From positions 241 to 64,240 of IMG/VR virus record IMGVR_UViG_3300032893_000041: 64,000 nucleotides of DNA; one strand, 5' to 3'. Below, piece by piece: positions 37,110-46,700 of this stretch. The position numbers were made by a program, and so were the translations under genes. How positions within the stretch are numbered: the stretch's first letter is position 1; each line of letters starts with the position of its first letter. A model generated the notes under the pieces. That model did not search any database, was not told the origin of the DNA, and was given only the letters and a program-made list of their open reading frames with translations. This DNA comes from a virus (lineage: Duplodnaviria; Caudoviricetes).

Positions 37110-39280
37110 TAACCTCCGTGTGCGTTGAGAAAGGTGATGGCGCGTACCTTGATCGGCCGTCCGCCGACGCGCTTATTGAAGGATGGAAAGCCCAGCCGGG
37201 TCATTCGCGTACCGAAGGTAACGTTGGACATCGGCTTATGGCCGGACGCCTTGGCCCACTCCATGTAGCGCATGTAGACCGACATCGACTCTTCGGCCGG
37301 CTCGACTCCATTCGGTATCTCGTAGTCCGGGTGCTTCATGGCGAGGCCCTGGTGCGTCTGATCGATCAGGAATTGAAGCGCCTGATTGTTCTCTTCGGTC
37401 AACTGATTGATCTTGATCTTGTGGATGCGAGGTTTCTCAAAGCCGCCGCGCGCTCGAAGTCGCAGGTACCCGGCCGCCATACGGTTGAAGATGCCCGGCA
37501 GCTCGGACTTAAGCTTGTTCGACAGAGAAAGGTCTTGTTCATTTTCTCGTAGCGACTCTCCACAGTGCAGATATAGAAGCCGTCGCTCAATCGCTCCACT
37601 ATCGTCCGAGTATCTAAAGTTCTCGTTGCCGACGATGATGACGCGAGCCGTAATGGTGGCATAAGTCTGTTCCTTGTAAAGTTCGCGGACCGGGACGCGG
37701 TCGCCGCCGGTTATGGCCTTGAACATCCGGTCCGCCATGGCCGACATTCCGGACACTTCCGGCGAGATGTTGACGAGCCGCCCGACCATGGCAGTGCGGG
37801 CGCGCTCCTCATTGAAGGTGTCGATGGTGGAAGCCGACACGGCGTCCGGCGCATGCAGCATATGGATAAGGTTGATGAGCGTGGACTTACCGGTGCGCGT
37901 CTCCCCCACCACGGCCAGCGCCGTCTGGAAGGAGATGTCCGGCACGAGCGTCAGGCCAATAAACTCCTCGAAGTTCTGCACCGACAGTTCCTGGTCTCGT
38001 AATCGCTCCTCGTCCGACCTAGGATCGTCGTCGGAAGCCGGTGCTTGCTTGAAGACGCGTTTAATGAAGCGGTCGTAAGTCGGGCACTTGGCGCCCCGGT
38101 CGAAAGAAAAGGGGAGACGATAGAGGATGTAGTCCTCAGGCGACCCTTGTTCGGTGAAGTCGCCAGACATGAGGTCGAACGTGCCATTTTGAAGGCGCAC
38201 CTTTGGAACGTGAATGTCGGGCCAGACCTCGACCATCGACCGAAAAGTAGACAGGGCCTCCCGCATGTCCTTATATCCTATACGAAACTCGTTGATGAGA
38301 CGCGTCTCCAAAGGCTCGAGCCGCTGGGGTACCCAACATCCGTCGTGATACCTGAGCATGGCTCCCGGCTGCCTTCGTAAAAACGGAAGGCCACCCAACG
38401 CGCCGGCCAGCCACTCGGCCCGCAACAGCGACGCCGGTACCTTCTTGGAAGCCACGTCGGTCTGGAATCCCTTGTTGCGAGCGGACTCGACGAGGTTGAT
38501 GATGCGCTTCTCATAAATGCGGTCGTCCCAGTTGTTGTGGCCATGGACGGCCAGACACTCATCCACCGCGCGGCGGCAGCGGGCAAGAATGAAGTCATCA
38601 GGACAGCCGGCCTCCACCATGGCGGCGGTCGCGCGCATGAGGGAGTCATCGACGGTCCCGCCGCCGCCCGGCCCGTGCCATGACATGTCGTTGATGAGGA
38701 ACCACGGCGAGTCCGGCTTGTTGACGGCGGTCTTAATCTCTGCTACAACCCATTCGTCAATGAGTGGAAGTTGGGTGATTGGCGTGTTCTCGAGCGTGAT
38801 CTCGGAGCGCCACTCGTAGGGGCGCTTGGTGTCTGGGTGAATCGACGGCGGGATGACCGTCTGATTACCGGCGCCCATGAAGTCTATGACCGTGAAGCGC
38901 TTACCGGTGACCGAGTCCTTGCGATGAAACTTGGCGGACTTCATGGAATGGGCGGACCGCACCAGGAAGGTGATACCCTTGCTGCCGAATTTGGCTATCG
39001 GATCGCCGGGGATGGCCGAACGGACGCGCTGAATGAACAGCTCGTCCTTGATGTCGATGTCGATCCCGACCAGGAAGGACTCTTTGTCGACCTCGGTGCC
39101 GAGAAGGACACCCAGGTTCCATTCCCTCCCCTGCGTAAAGTACCGATGAATCTCGTCCGGCTTTATTCTGAACTCTAAGAAGTTGGAGTCATTCGGGTAC
39201 TTGGCCTTGCCAGCGATAGGGATGACGTGGTATCCTAGCGCCGCGATCTTTTTGGCTGATTGAATGACGGAGGACGCCAT
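37106..39280 (-). CDS. Bifunctional primase-polymerase domain fused to D5-like SF3 helicase
   Basis: N-terminal GYHVIPI...NLGVLLG...IDID...QTVIPPSIHPDTKRPYEW; Walker A GETRTGKST; FKAITGGD; AIERR. Confidence 0.88.
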   Translation of the reverse strand: MASSVIQSAKKIAALGYHVIPIAGKAKYPNDSNFLEFRIKPDEIHRYFTQGREWNLGVLLGTEVDKESFLVGIDIDIKDELFIQRVRSAIPGDPIAKFGSKGITFLVRSAHSMKSAKFHRKDSVTGKRFTVIDFMGAGNQTVIPPSIHPDTKRPYEWRSEITLENTPITQLPLIDEWVVAEIKTAVNKPDSPWFLINDMSWHGPGGGGTVDDSLMRATAAMVEAGCPDDFILARCRRAVDECLAVHGHNNWDDRIYEKRIINLVESARNKGFQTDVASKKVPASLLRAEWLAGALGGLPFLRRQPGAMLRYHDGCWVPQRLEPLETRLINEFRIGYKDMREALSTFRSMVEVWPDIHVPKVRLQNGTFDLMSGDFTEQGSPEDYILYRLPFSFDRGAKCPTYDRFIKRVFKQAPASDDDPRSDEERLRDQELSVQNFEEFIGLTLVPDISFQTALAVVGETRTGKSTLINLIHMLHAPDAVSASTIDTFNEERARTAMVGRLVNISPEVSGMSAMADRMFKAITGGDRVPVRELYKEQTYATITARVIIVGNENFRYSDDSGAIERRLLYLHCGESLRENEQDLSLSNKLKSELPGIFNRMAAGYLRLRARGGFEKPRIHKIKINQLTEENNQALQFLIDQTHQGLAMKHPDYEIPNGVEPAEESMSVYMRYMEWAKASGHKPMSNVTFGTRMTRLGFPSFNKRVGGRPIKVRAITFLNAHGGY

Positions 39281-39380
39281 AACCTCTCCCCAATACGGTT
39301 TAACAAAAAGTCAGGATAACATCCCGGAGGGGGAGTGTCCATCACGGACAGTGAAGAGAGGTTCACTAGGGTCTCACATA

Positions 39381-39688
39381 ACCGGTTACATTCGCTACGC
39401 TATATGTAACTGGTCTGAGGAGTCGCTACGTAGCGTATCGGCGGAGGGGCAAGAGGCCCGCGCTCCGGCGCCTGTTACTGATGTTACTGGTTTCAGTACC
39501 CCCACTTTTTATACGAGAAGAGAGGGGAGGGGATTATTTGACAGAAGTAACGGAGAGGTAAAAAAGGGGGCGACCTCCACCGGTAACACCCGCTACGCGG
39601 CCTTCTCGGCCGCTCCTGCGGTCGCTACGGTAGCGGATCGGCCCGCTACAGGCCGTTACTTCGGGTAACTAGTATCGATGAGGTAACT
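39381..39688. repeat. Divergent intergenic region rich in GTAAC/GTTAC and GCTAC/GTAGC repeats (candidate origin or pac region)
   Basis: About 9 GTAAC/GTTAC and 7 GCTAC/GTAGC copies in ~310 bp; inverted repeat ACCGGTTACA...TGTAACTGGT. Confidence 0.55.
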
Positions 39689-39690
39689 AT

Positions 39691-40278
39691 ATGGTCGATA
39701 AATACCCTAACGAGACTCCCCGGATTGACTGGGCCGCCATCGAGGCGGACTATAAGGCCGGCATCCTGAATGATGGAATGATCTGCGCGAAGTGGGGAAT
39801 CTCACTGTCGAATCTTCGCCGAGTGGCGAATAAGCACCAGTGGAAGCGACAGGAGATCGCGCACGTGAATCCACCACCGTTCGGCGGCGGCACTCCGGCC
39901 GGGAACACGCTGTCTGATACCGAAGTCGCTGGAATGCAGGCCCGCCAGTTGATGGCAATCGTTCATGAACATCGGCGCGACATTCAGAAGATTCGGGGTC
40001 TGGCGAGCCTTCTGTTTGAGCGCACGATGCTGATTCTCGACGGTCAGGAAGTCTCTCGTGCGTGCTTTGGCGGCCGAGAATCGCCGGCTGACATGATGAT
40101 GAAATTAGCTAAGACGATGTTTGAGGCGATCAAGATGGAGCGCGAGGTCCTCGGCATGTCGTCCATGACGCAGTTGTCGGACCCGGAGGCAGTGGACGGC
40201 GGCGAGGAGTGGCATCAGGTCGTCAAGAAGTTGGATGAACTCTACAAAGAGAAGGTTGGTAAGTCCCACGATGACTGA
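39691..40278 (+). CDS. terS: Terminase small subunit
   Basis: N-terminal HTH IDWAAIEADYKAG...ICAKWGIS; immediately upstream of terL. Confidence 0.75.
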   Translation: MVDKYPNETPRIDWAAIEADYKAGILNDGMICAKWGISLSNLRRVANKHQWKRQEIAHVNPPPFGGGTPAGNTLSDTEVAGMQARQLMAIVHEHRRDIQKIRGLASLLFERTMLILDGQEVSRACFGGRESPADMMMKLAKTMFEAIKMEREVLGMSSMTQLSDPEAVDGGEEWHQVVKKLDELYKEKVGKSHDD

Positions 40279-41821
40279 TGCTCTCGTTGATCTTCGGCCG
40301 CGACGGATAACGCTCAATCCGCTTGCCGCTATCGCGGATATGCGCATGCTTTGGTTGCACGAGGCGCGGCCAAAGCAACTAGCTCCTCCCGGCGACTGGC
40401 TGACGTGGCTTAACCGTTGCGGTCGCGGCTATGGCAAGACGCGATTGGGCGCGGAAGAGATTTTATGGCGGGCCGGTACTAGGCCTAATACGCGGTGGGC
40501 CGTTCTGGCGCCGACGTACAATGACTGCCGCTTTACTTGCTTTGAGGGCGAGTCCGGCATTCTGGCACGGCTGCCGCCGGTCTGCATCACTAAGAATGGA
40601 TGGAACAAGTCGTACCTCGAGCTTAAGTTGTGGAACGGGTCGGAGATTCGTGGATTCGCGGCCACGGAACCGGGCCGCATTCGAGGTCCGCAGTTTCATG
40701 GCGGCTGGTTCGATGAGCTGGCGGCTGCTGCGCGCGAGTCGTTGGAGGAGGCATGGTCCAACTTGCAATTTGCGTGCCGCTTGCGTTACGAGGACTTCGC
40801 CCCTCAGATCATCATCACGACGACGCCGAAGCCGATTCCGATCATCAAGAAGATTCGACTGGCGCCCGGCACGATCACTACGAGCGGCTCGACCTACGAG
40901 AATAAGGAAAACTTAGCGCCGTCATTCTTCGACCGCATCGTTCAGTATGAAGGCACCCGGATCGGGCGCCAAGAGATTCATGGCGAGGAGATCGACCCGG
41001 AGGAAGCCGGCATCGTCAAGCGGTCATGGTTTAAGCTGTGGCCGATGAAGAACGGCTTACCTCGATTTCAGTTGGTCATCATGTCGCTGGACACGGCGTT
41101 TAAGGAAAAGCAATATGATAAGAACAATGACCCCGATTATTCTGCTTGTACTACTTGGGGCGTGTTTAATATACAGACCGGCGTGGAGAGGTTGCCGGGT
41201 GGCGTTGAGAAGAAGAAATATCGTGCCAACGTTATGCTACTTGATGCTTGGCGTGATCATCTCGGGCTACCTGATCTGGTTGATAAAGTACGCGCTCAAT
41301 CTCGGCTGACGTTCGGCGCCATTGAGACGCCACTAATCAAGAGCGCTCTTTATGGGGTCGTGCCGTCGCGCATCTCGGGCAAGGGGCGCAAGGTCGATCT
41401 GATCGTAATTGAGGACAAGGCTAGCGGCATCAGCCTGATTCAGACGTTGGCCAAGCACAAGGTATTCGTGCACCCTTACAATCCGGACGGCGCGGATAAG
41501 GTGATGCGTCTTCATATCGTGTCGCACATTCCGAATTCGGGCATCGTGTGGATACCGGAGAGCCGCTCGACCATCGACATGGAACCGAGTGATAAGAAGT
41601 TCTCTGCGTGGTCGGATGAGTTCTTGGACGAGGTCTGCACGCAGCCGAACGCCGACTACTGGGATTACACCGATACATTCACGCAGGCGCTACGAGTTCT
41701 CGTTGATAAAGGAATTCTGTCCGTGACCGTGCCGAAAGCGTACGAGAAGGACCCGGACGCATCACCGCCGCCGGGGCGGCGCGGCGGGCGTCGTCGTCGC
41801 CATAATCCGTATGGCAGCTAA
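40271..41821 (+). CDS. terL: Terminase large subunit
   Basis: RPKQ, GRGYGKT, RGPQFHGGWFDE, TTTP; nuclease SLDTA, DYSA, IEDKASG, DYTDT. Confidence 0.95.
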   Translation: MTDALVDLRPRRITLNPLAAIADMRMLWLHEARPKQLAPPGDWLTWLNRCGRGYGKTRLGAEEILWRAGTRPNTRWAVLAPTYNDCRFTCFEGESGILARLPPVCITKNGWNKSYLELKLWNGSEIRGFAATEPGRIRGPQFHGGWFDELAAAARESLEEAWSNLQFACRLRYEDFAPQIIITTTPKPIPIIKKIRLAPGTITTSGSTYENKENLAPSFFDRIVQYEGTRIGRQEIHGEEIDPEEAGIVKRSWFKLWPMKNGLPRFQLVIMSLDTAFKEKQYDKNNDPDYSACTTWGVFNIQTGVERLPGGVEKKKYRANVMLLDAWRDHLGLPDLVDKVRAQSRLTFGAIETPLIKSALYGVVPSRISGKGRKVDLIVIEDKASGISLIQTLAKHKVFVHPYNPDGADKVMRLHIVSHIPNSGIVWIPESRSTIDMEPSDKKFSAWSDEFLDEVCTQPNADYWDYTDTFTQALRVLVDKGILSVTVPKAYEKDPDASPPPGRRGGRRRRHNPYGS

Positions 41822-41827
41822 GCCAAA

Positions 41828-41857
41828 TTGACACGGGAGCGCCGGCTGGCGTAGGAT
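41828..41857 (+). promoter_or_regulatory. Sigma70-like promoter
   Basis: TTGACA-18 nt-TAGGAT. Confidence 0.6.
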
Positions 41858-41863
41858 GGCGGT

Positions 41864-42000
41864 ATGCGGTGGGTAGGCGGTGACTTCCTAGGAGCGCACG
41901 TAGCCCCCATCATCCAGGGCGAGGGTGCCAGTAATGAGTCCAAAGAGCTGTGACACGGCCAGCTACATTATTGGAACAACACCCTCCCCGGATGCTTTTT
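41864..42000 (+). ncRNA. Candidate ~135 nt structured RNA ending in a U-tract
   Basis: Nested pairings CATCC/GGATG, GAGGGTG/CACCCTC, CCAGTAATG/CATTATTGG, AGCTG/CAGCT followed by TTTTT. Confidence 0.55.
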
Positions 42001-42001
42001 A

Positions 42002-42856
42002 ATGGGAGCGCTGTCTCAAATTCTATCAGAGTTGACTAACGTTGCTCGCCAGGGCGTGCGTAATGTTGCCCGCGAGGGTAAGCGCCAGGGTCATGAATGG
42101 GCGACCGCCGGCCCAAACGTCGAGACGAGAGACCCTATCTTGATGTCAATTCCGGAGCGGTTGATGTCTACGTCCGGCGAGCGCAATCGGGTAAACGATA
42201 TCTATAAGTTGCATGAATACTCGCTAGGACCGAACGCCAGCATCGATCCGCATCGGGCGTCGCTGGGCGACCCCTATTTCACGGTGCATAATCACCCGAC
42301 CGGATTTCCGTCGCCTTCGTCGGCAGACCTAAACTTTCATAATTGGATGCCGACGCCGGATAAGCACGAGATGATAGTGGCTGGCGTGCCGCATTGGAGA
42401 GACCCAGTGATGGGTGATTACCAGTGGCGGGGTGAAGACCCGCATTGGATAGGGCTGGGGCCGTTATCCGGCATTTCGCGTTACTCGACGCCGGGCGGCG
42501 TGATCGACCGCGACTCGCAGCGGGATTATGCGTCGAGGGTTTACCAGCACATGGCGCGAGGGTTGACCGACCTCGTAACTAACCCGGACACGACCGTTCG
42601 GTACGTGCCGAAAGGCAGCGGCTCGCTGCATGACGACATCAAGGCCGCCATCGATGCGCCGGACATCGAGCCGTGGGATTCCTATAGACAGTATTTTGGA
42701 AGCTTCCCGTTGCGCAACATGGCCGAGCGCTCGCCTAATGACGTGCGCTACCAATTGCAGATGCATCACCCGCTGGATCAGCACATCTATGATTCGATCT
42801 TCGACGTGATGAAGCGACACGGTGCGCTCGACAAGGCAGAAGGCGGACTGGTCTGA
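42002..42856 (+). CDS. JAB/MPN+ (JAMM, RadC-like) domain protein with C-terminal AEGGLV
   Basis: HNHPTGFPSPSSAD fits HxHx7Sx2D; upstream Glu candidate in GHEWA. Confidence 0.7.
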   Translation: MGALSQILSELTNVARQGVRNVAREGKRQGHEWATAGPNVETRDPILMSIPERLMSTSGERNRVNDIYKLHEYSLGPNASIDPHRASLGDPYFTVHNHPTGFPSPSSADLNFHNWMPTPDKHEMIVAGVPHWRDPVMGDYQWRGEDPHWIGLGPLSGISRYSTPGGVIDRDSQRDYASRVYQHMARGLTDLVTNPDTTVRYVPKGSGSLHDDIKAAIDAPDIEPWDSYRQYFGSFPLRNMAERSPNDVRYQLQMHHPLDQHIYDSIFDVMKRHGALDKAEGGLV

Positions 42857-43947
42857 TGGGAGCGCTCGACAAGATCATCCGCGCAAATCTCGCGCACCTG
42901 GAGGAACTTCTAGGCCATTCGACCGTGCCGGTGGGTCCCGCCGCCCACGAGGAGGCACGACGCGCGGTGTCGATGGGAGTAGCGCCATCATGGGCACAGG
43001 CGCAGGCAAAGGGCCTCCCGCTTGATCCCGTGAGCATTGAGAACCGTGCCAACGCGCTAGGCTTTACCAATCGAGCGTTTCATGGCACGCATCGTTTTCC
43101 GTTCGACGAGATGGATGAAGGTGACCGCCAATTTTCGGAAGACCCAACCGACTATGACTTTCATTCATTGGAGGGCCGCCGGATCGTGCCGGAAGACCCG
43201 GACACGACCGTGTCTCGTTATCTTGGTGCACACATTTCACGCGGTCCGAAGATAGCGCAATACTTTACGGGGTATAAGCGTAGTCCTTATACAGCCGTTC
43301 TAAACCCGATGACCCAAGAATATGAGCCTATAGGTGGAGTTGCTTACCAACATATTGCCATGCCCGGTGGTCGCATCATTCCACTTCGGTTCCGTGGCTC
43401 GCAATATGAGCTGCCGCAGAAGTGGTTGTTTAGTGATTCTGTAAACCGTCGTATGCTACCTGATGAGCGACCTGATTTAAATAAACCGATCTTTGATGAC
43501 CTTGCCGTGGATATCGATGCGGCGACGCACGCACTCCTGGCCGATCCAGAGTTTGCGCGCTCTACGGCGCATGGCGAGGGTACGCCGTCCTTCGACAAAT
43601 TGAGACAACTGAGTGATCGCGGTAATGAATACGACATGCGGCGGTTTGTTCAGGCGCGACACAATGACCTCAATCCGTTGATGATGTCGCCGGGTGAGGA
43701 AGACCCTGATTACCTTGATCCCAATACGCTGCAATCAATCATGGATATTTATCGCGGTAACCTCTTAGGGCGCGGTCATTCCGTGATTCGTTATCACAAC
43801 ACCATGGAAAACGAAACGATGGGTGCTCCATCCGCTGATTCTTACATCGTGTTAGACCCCAGTCGGGTGCGCGGTCCGTCGGCGATCTACGACCCGGACC
43901 TCAGCCACCTAGGCGGGCTGAGTTATTTTGAAGGTGGAGAAGTTTGA
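42856..43947 (+). CDS. Putative ADP-ribosyltransferase (ART-PolyVal-like) with C-terminal FEGGEV
   Basis: AFHGT...LGAHIS..P..AQYF...GGRIIPL...SYIVLDPSRVRGPSAIYDP pattern. Confidence 0.6.
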   Translation: MGALDKIIRANLAHLEELLGHSTVPVGPAAHEEARRAVSMGVAPSWAQAQAKGLPLDPVSIENRANALGFTNRAFHGTHRFPFDEMDEGDRQFSEDPTDYDFHSLEGRRIVPEDPDTTVSRYLGAHISRGPKIAQYFTGYKRSPYTAVLNPMTQEYEPIGGVAYQHIAMPGGRIIPLRFRGSQYELPQKWLFSDSVNRRMLPDERPDLNKPIFDDLAVDIDAATHALLADPEFARSTAHGEGTPSFDKLRQLSDRGNEYDMRRFVQARHNDLNPLMMSPGEEDPDYLDPNTLQSIMDIYRGNLLGRGHSVIRYHNTMENETMGAPSADSYIVLDPSRVRGPSAIYDPDLSHLGGLSYFEGGEV

Positions 43948-46688
43948 TGCCGCCGCTTGATCCAGACGACCAGGACCCCAACATGCCGCAGTCGCCGGAC
44001 GGCGAATATGCCGAGATTCCGGACGATGAAGGTGACCCCGACGTGCAGGAAAATGAGGACGGGTCCGCCATCGTTCAATTGAGCGATAAGACGGAGGTCG
44101 ACGAACACGAGGAGTTCTTTGCCAATCTGGCGGAGAAGCTGCCGCGCCACTATCTGTCGGCGATGGCGACCGAACTGCTCGATCTCATCGAGAAGGACCA
44201 GGAGTCGCGCAAGTCTCGTGACAAGTTATACGCGGAGGGCCTCAAGCGTGCCGGCCTTACCGATGATAAGGGTGAAGACAGCAGCACCGGATTTGAGGGC
44301 GGTAGCACCGTCACGCACCCGGTTATCATCGAGTCGTGCATTGATTTTGCGGCGCGCGTCGTCAAGGAGCTGTTGCCGCCGGAAGGTCCGGTAAAGGACA
44401 AGGTCATCGGTACTGCGACCAACGCGAAGGTGGAGAAGGCCCGTCGCAAGGTCAAGCATATGAACTGGCAGCTAACCCAGCAGATCAAAGAATTCCGCCC
44501 GATGATGGAGCAGGGCTGCACACAGATTCCGCCGGGCGGCGCTTTCTATATGAAGATGTGGTGGAGCAAGACGCTGGGTCGCGTCACTTGCAAGGCGGTC
44601 TATGTCGACGACGTTTACTTGCCTTATTCGGCCTCTTCGTTCGAGACGGCGCTGCGCCGGACGCACGTTATTTACACGACTGACCAGGAGTTCGAGCAGG
44701 ATGTGGAATCCGGCATGTATGCGACGCCGGATTATCTGACGGGCGCGGGACAGGAACCGGAGAAGTCGGAGACCAGCAAGACCAGCGATGAGGTCGAGGG
44801 TAAGGAATCGACCGGCTATAATGAGGACGGGCTGCGCGTGCAATACGAGACGCAGCTTTGGAAGGTGATCGATGGCGACGATTACGCACAGGGAGAGCTT
44901 GCTCCGTACATTGTTACTATCGACCTCGTGTCGCGTTCCATCGTCGGGATTTATCGCAACTGGGACCCCGAAAAGACCGACCTGTTCGAGGAACTCCCGA
45001 TCATGGTCGAGTTTCCTTTCATTCCATGGCGGGGCGCCTTTCCTCTCACCATCTTCCATCTCATCGGTTCCTTGTCCGTTGCGGCAACGGGCGCTCTACG
45101 ATGCCTACTCGATTCCGGATTTGTAAATACGGTTCCGTCGCTGGCCAAGTTGAAAGGCGGGCTGGGCGACGACGGCGGCCAGTCGAAGGACTTCCAGCCG
45201 GGTGAAGTGACGGAGATTAACGGCGGCCTTGCTACCGACGACGTGTCGAAGCAGGCGTTCCAGATGAACTTCAATCCGCCGGCCCCGGTCTTGTTCGAGC
45301 TGCTGGGCTTCCTGGTGGACGCGGCCAAGGGCGTGGTGCAGACGACCTTCGACGAGCTGGCGGATTCGAATGCCAACGTGCCGGTGGGTACGACGCTGGC
45401 CCGCTATGAGCAGGGCACCGTCGTGTTTTCGTCCATCCACGCACGGTTGCACGCGGCCCTGGCGCAAGTGTTCGCCATTTTGCACCGGCTCAACAAGTTC
45501 TACCTCAAGGACAGCGTCACCAAGGACGAGGCCGGCGAAATCCTGGCGTACCGCAGCGATTATGAAGGCCCGGTGGACGTGGTTCCCGTGTCCGATCCGC
45601 GCATCTTCTCCGATACGCAGCGGTTCGTGCAGATTTCGGCGGTGGTGCAGCGCGCGACCAACAATCCGCTGTACAAGCAGCGCGAAGTAGAAAAGCTATG
45701 GCTCAAGCAGACGCACGTTCCGGAGGCAGAAAAGCTTCTGGTGGATGAGCCGACGCCGCGCCGCATGAACGCGGTTAACGAGAACCTCGCCCTATTGATG
45801 AAGCGACCGGTATCGGCCTTCCCCGAGCAGGATCACGAGGCACATCTCAACACACATCTTCCCTTCATGATGTCGCCGGTCATCGGGGCGCTGCCCATCG
45901 TCGTGCCGGCGCTCTATCCGGAGATGTTGCAGCACGTCATCGAACACGTCGGCTTTTGGTACGTCAGTAAATACCACGATGAGATGAGCCGAGCGGCGGG
46001 TGTCGAGATCACGGAGCTGATGGATGAAGACCCGCAGATCATGGCGGAATTTGACCGGTTCGTGGCGAAGGTGACACCGACCATCATGAAGGAGATGGAT
46101 AAGACGTTTGCCAAGTTGCCGCCCATCATAACGCAGGCACTGCAATTGTTGCAAAAGATGTCGCCGCAACAGCCGCAAGACCCGACCGCTCAAGCGCTGG
46201 CGGCGGAAACCGCGCGAAAGGGCCAGAAGGATCAGATGGACGCCAAGGCGGCGGACCAGAAGGTGCAGTTGAGCGCGGCGGAGTTGAAGTTGCAGGCGGC
46301 CAAGCAACAGCAGGACGCCGAACAGGCGGCGGCTGACCGGCAGGCACAGCAACAGAGAGACGCGCAGGCCGCCCAGTTGCAGCAGCAGAAGGACCAGCAA
46401 CAGGCCGACCTGCAAGCACAACAGCAGGCCCAGGCCGCCGCCGATGCCGAGAAGCAACGACAGCTCGATGCGGCCAAGCTGGCGCAGGACGGTGAGAAGC
46501 ACCTGCGCGACGCGGCACAGGCCGCCGCCGACATGCAGGCCGAGAACGACCGCAAGGCCGCCGACTTGCGGGTCAAGACTGACGTGAACACGGCGGATAA
46601 CGAAACGGCCTTAACAATTGCGAAGATGGAGGTAGAGGCCGGCAGGAAGAGCAATATAAAGACTGGAACTGGAATCAACCCGCAATAG
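43947..46688 (+). CDS. Portal protein (P22-like, long Gln/Ala coiled-coil tail)
   Basis: 913 aa downstream of terL; FEGGSTVTHP, PVGTTLA, PVSDP, AFPEQDHEAH. Confidence 0.85.
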   Translation: MPPLDPDDQDPNMPQSPDGEYAEIPDDEGDPDVQENEDGSAIVQLSDKTEVDEHEEFFANLAEKLPRHYLSAMATELLDLIEKDQESRKSRDKLYAEGLKRAGLTDDKGEDSSTGFEGGSTVTHPVIIESCIDFAARVVKELLPPEGPVKDKVIGTATNAKVEKARRKVKHMNWQLTQQIKEFRPMMEQGCTQIPPGGAFYMKMWWSKTLGRVTCKAVYVDDVYLPYSASSFETALRRTHVIYTTDQEFEQDVESGMYATPDYLTGAGQEPEKSETSKTSDEVEGKESTGYNEDGLRVQYETQLWKVIDGDDYAQGELAPYIVTIDLVSRSIVGIYRNWDPEKTDLFEELPIMVEFPFIPWRGAFPLTIFHLIGSLSVAATGALRCLLDSGFVNTVPSLAKLKGGLGDDGGQSKDFQPGEVTEINGGLATDDVSKQAFQMNFNPPAPVLFELLGFLVDAAKGVVQTTFDELADSNANVPVGTTLARYEQGTVVFSSIHARLHAALAQVFAILHRLNKFYLKDSVTKDEAGEILAYRSDYEGPVDVVPVSDPRIFSDTQRFVQISAVVQRATNNPLYKQREVEKLWLKQTHVPEAEKLLVDEPTPRRMNAVNENLALLMKRPVSAFPEQDHEAHLNTHLPFMMSPVIGALPIVVPALYPEMLQHVIEHVGFWYVSKYHDEMSRAAGVEITELMDEDPQIMAEFDRFVAKVTPTIMKEMDKTFAKLPPIITQALQLLQKMSPQQPQDPTAQALAAETARKGQKDQMDAKAADQKVQLSAAELKLQAAKQQQDAEQAAADRQAQQQRDAQAAQLQQQKDQQQADLQAQQQAQAAADAEKQRQLDAAKLAQDGEKHLRDAAQAAADMQAENDRKAADLRVKTDVNTADNETALTIAKMEVEAGRKSNIKTGTGINPQ

Positions 46689-46700
46689 GAGGTTACATTC

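Noticed and set aside
13693-38819. Numerous long + strand ORFs in the early arm (e.g. 13693-14541, 17464-18309, 28498-29496, 30289-31065)
   Set aside because: Antisense shadows of well-supported minus-strand genes in GC-rich DNA; no recognisable motifs.
39264-39668. 134-aa ORF across the divergent intergenic region
   Set aside because: Overlaps the repeat array and the primase start, has no clear RBS, and has no recognisable features.
41911-41994. Twister/hammerhead ribozyme or tRNA
   Set aside because: Superficial UAAUG...UGACA resemblance only; the catalytic cores, pseudoknot partners and cloverleaf/T-loop are not present.
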